DNA of 64,000 nucleotides, taken from the human T2T-CHM13v2.0 reference genome, Homo sapiens. Positions 62,594-64,000 of the stretch are shown in pieces. A model generated the notes under the pieces. That model was given only the letters and a program-made list of their open reading frames with translations, was not told the origin of the DNA and ran no database searches. The stretch lies in NCBI RefSeq assembly GCF_009914755.1, contig NC_060935.1. The stretch is one strand, 5' to 3'. How positions within the stretch are numbered: the first letter of the stretch is position 1; each line of letters starts with the position of its first letter. Both the position numbers and the translations under genes were made by a program.

Positions 62594-63380
62594 TGAGGAG
62601 TCTGGCTCCAGGAAAAAATTCTGTGTGTGAGTTTCAAAGCTTTGCCTGGCACATTTCCTTGGGGGCAGCTGCCATCCCCACCACAGACTTGGTGTGCAGC
62701 CTGTGTATGGTAGTTTTCTGGAGAGAAGTACAGTCAAGAATCCAGGTACCCTGGGAAGGCCATGCTCATACTCATATCTGCATTTGAACCAAAGTGCCTC
62801 TACTAAGACTTATTTATGGAGGAGGGGTGGGGAGGGATCCTTGGCTGAGGCATTTTTCTCCACTTTGGCTAAGTACCTTTCCACTTCTAGCCTTTCCCCC
62901 TCTCCTTCCCTCTGGCCCATGAGTTCCTACAGTGGTAGATGTCTTTTGTTCAGGTCTCCCTGCATAACTCTGTTTTTTTTGGCCATCCAAGGAGGGGTGT
63001 GAAATTGCCAACAACTGTGTTGCTCCTCTGTCAGTGAAACTGGCAAAGCAGAACAGTGCATCATGAGAATTAGACAGGAGGTCTCCTGGATTTCTAGAGT
63101 AGATCCTAATGGGATACAGGACATCTTTCCTTGGATTAGTAATTGTTAAGGACCGTGACTATGATTCAGCCAGGAAGGGCTAATCATCCTGCTTGTGGTG
63201 ACTTTGATATGGACCTGGTTTGCTATTGCCTTAGATTAACTGGCTATGATCACAGCCCTTCAATGTTCAGTTCATGATGGGGTAGCCTATTCTCTCTCAG
63301 GCTTCTTGCTTACATTATTGTAGTAGGTGAATAAAAGCCAGACTAGTACTTTCAGTTTGGCTCATTGTCCTAACTGACTA
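62594..63380 (+). mobile_element. Possible second old LTR nested in the ERVL internal region
   Basis: About 790-bp block starting 'tgaggagtctggctcc' with AATAAA near its 3' end (~63329); interrupts ERVL-like sequence. Family not recognised. Confidence 0.35.
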
Positions 63381-64000
63381 CCTCTATATCTCATTGCATA
63401 ACTCAACCCCCACCCCCTTGCAGGAGGACAAAGGGGAGCCCTTTTTCTTGAAAGGCAACATATGTCCTCTCAAGACACATCTCTATGTTCTATAAATAGA
63501 ATTAAATTACAGCATCATTTGCGTGGGAATGTGATGAGCCTGATGAGAGCGGAGAGGGAATGTATATTCCAAAGGATCTGTGAGAATTAGCTGTCATATA
63601 TTAGCAGGAGCTGGAGTAATAAATGTGGGAATGAATTAAAAGTTGGTAGATCAGGGTGGCTACAAGACACATTTGAATAGGGAATCATTATGTACACTCA
63701 GAAGCACTCTCTTGACATATATAACACTCTGGCAAGAACTGTAGATGATACAAACTTGCTACTAGTATTGGTCCTAGGGCACGCAATAAACAATAGCCCT
63801 CAGGGAGGTGAGTGTCAGAATCGTCATGGAAGAAAGTGGAGGAAGAGAGTAAAGATCTTGGAAGTGGACATGTTGCGAGAGATAAACTATGTATGGTCAG
63901 AAGACCTGCCAGATGATTATATTTTTGGAATAGATCAAGAGAACATAGCATTTCACAAGGCCATAAGGAATATTTTGGTGAGAAAGTCACAAACACACTA

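Larger units (their letters stand above)
61669..64000 (+). mobile_element. ERVL (HERV16-like) internal region with decayed gag, interrupted by MER1B and probably another LTR
   Basis: Follows the LTR16 and PBS; ~63560-63690 resembles a decayed ERVL gag block (..gagctggagtaataaatgtgggaatg...gtagatcagggtggc, DQGG-like). Confidence 0.6.

Overview
Human (primate) non-coding genomic DNA, either intergenic or deep intronic, AT-rich and dominated by transposable elements. I find no credible cellular protein-coding gene, RNA gene or CRISPR array. Every ORF in the supplied track is a decayed L1, mariner or ERV remnant, Alu read-through or low-complexity noise. Main content: two very young AluYa5-type insertions near the window ends; a full-length HSMAR2 mariner carrying a nested THE1 LTR and an Alu; a full-length ~6.4 kb L1PA7-like LINE; a 5'-inverted (twin-primed) L1PA4-like insertion inside an Alu tail; a dense cluster of solo LTRs at 28.8-33.4 kb (MER41B with both STAT/GAS sites intact, MER50, LTR8-type, MER21A, a MER52-type fragment); a MADE1 MITE; a ~270 bp tandem duplication; and an LTR16/ERVL relic at the right end. 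I did not find a convincingly new biological system. The best leads are regulatory (the GAS-rich LTR cluster and a PBX/MEIS/homeobox motif cluster at 13.6-13.9 kb) plus two candidate minus-strand exons. Subfamily names come from recalled consensus sequences and need RepeatMasker/Dfam confirmation.
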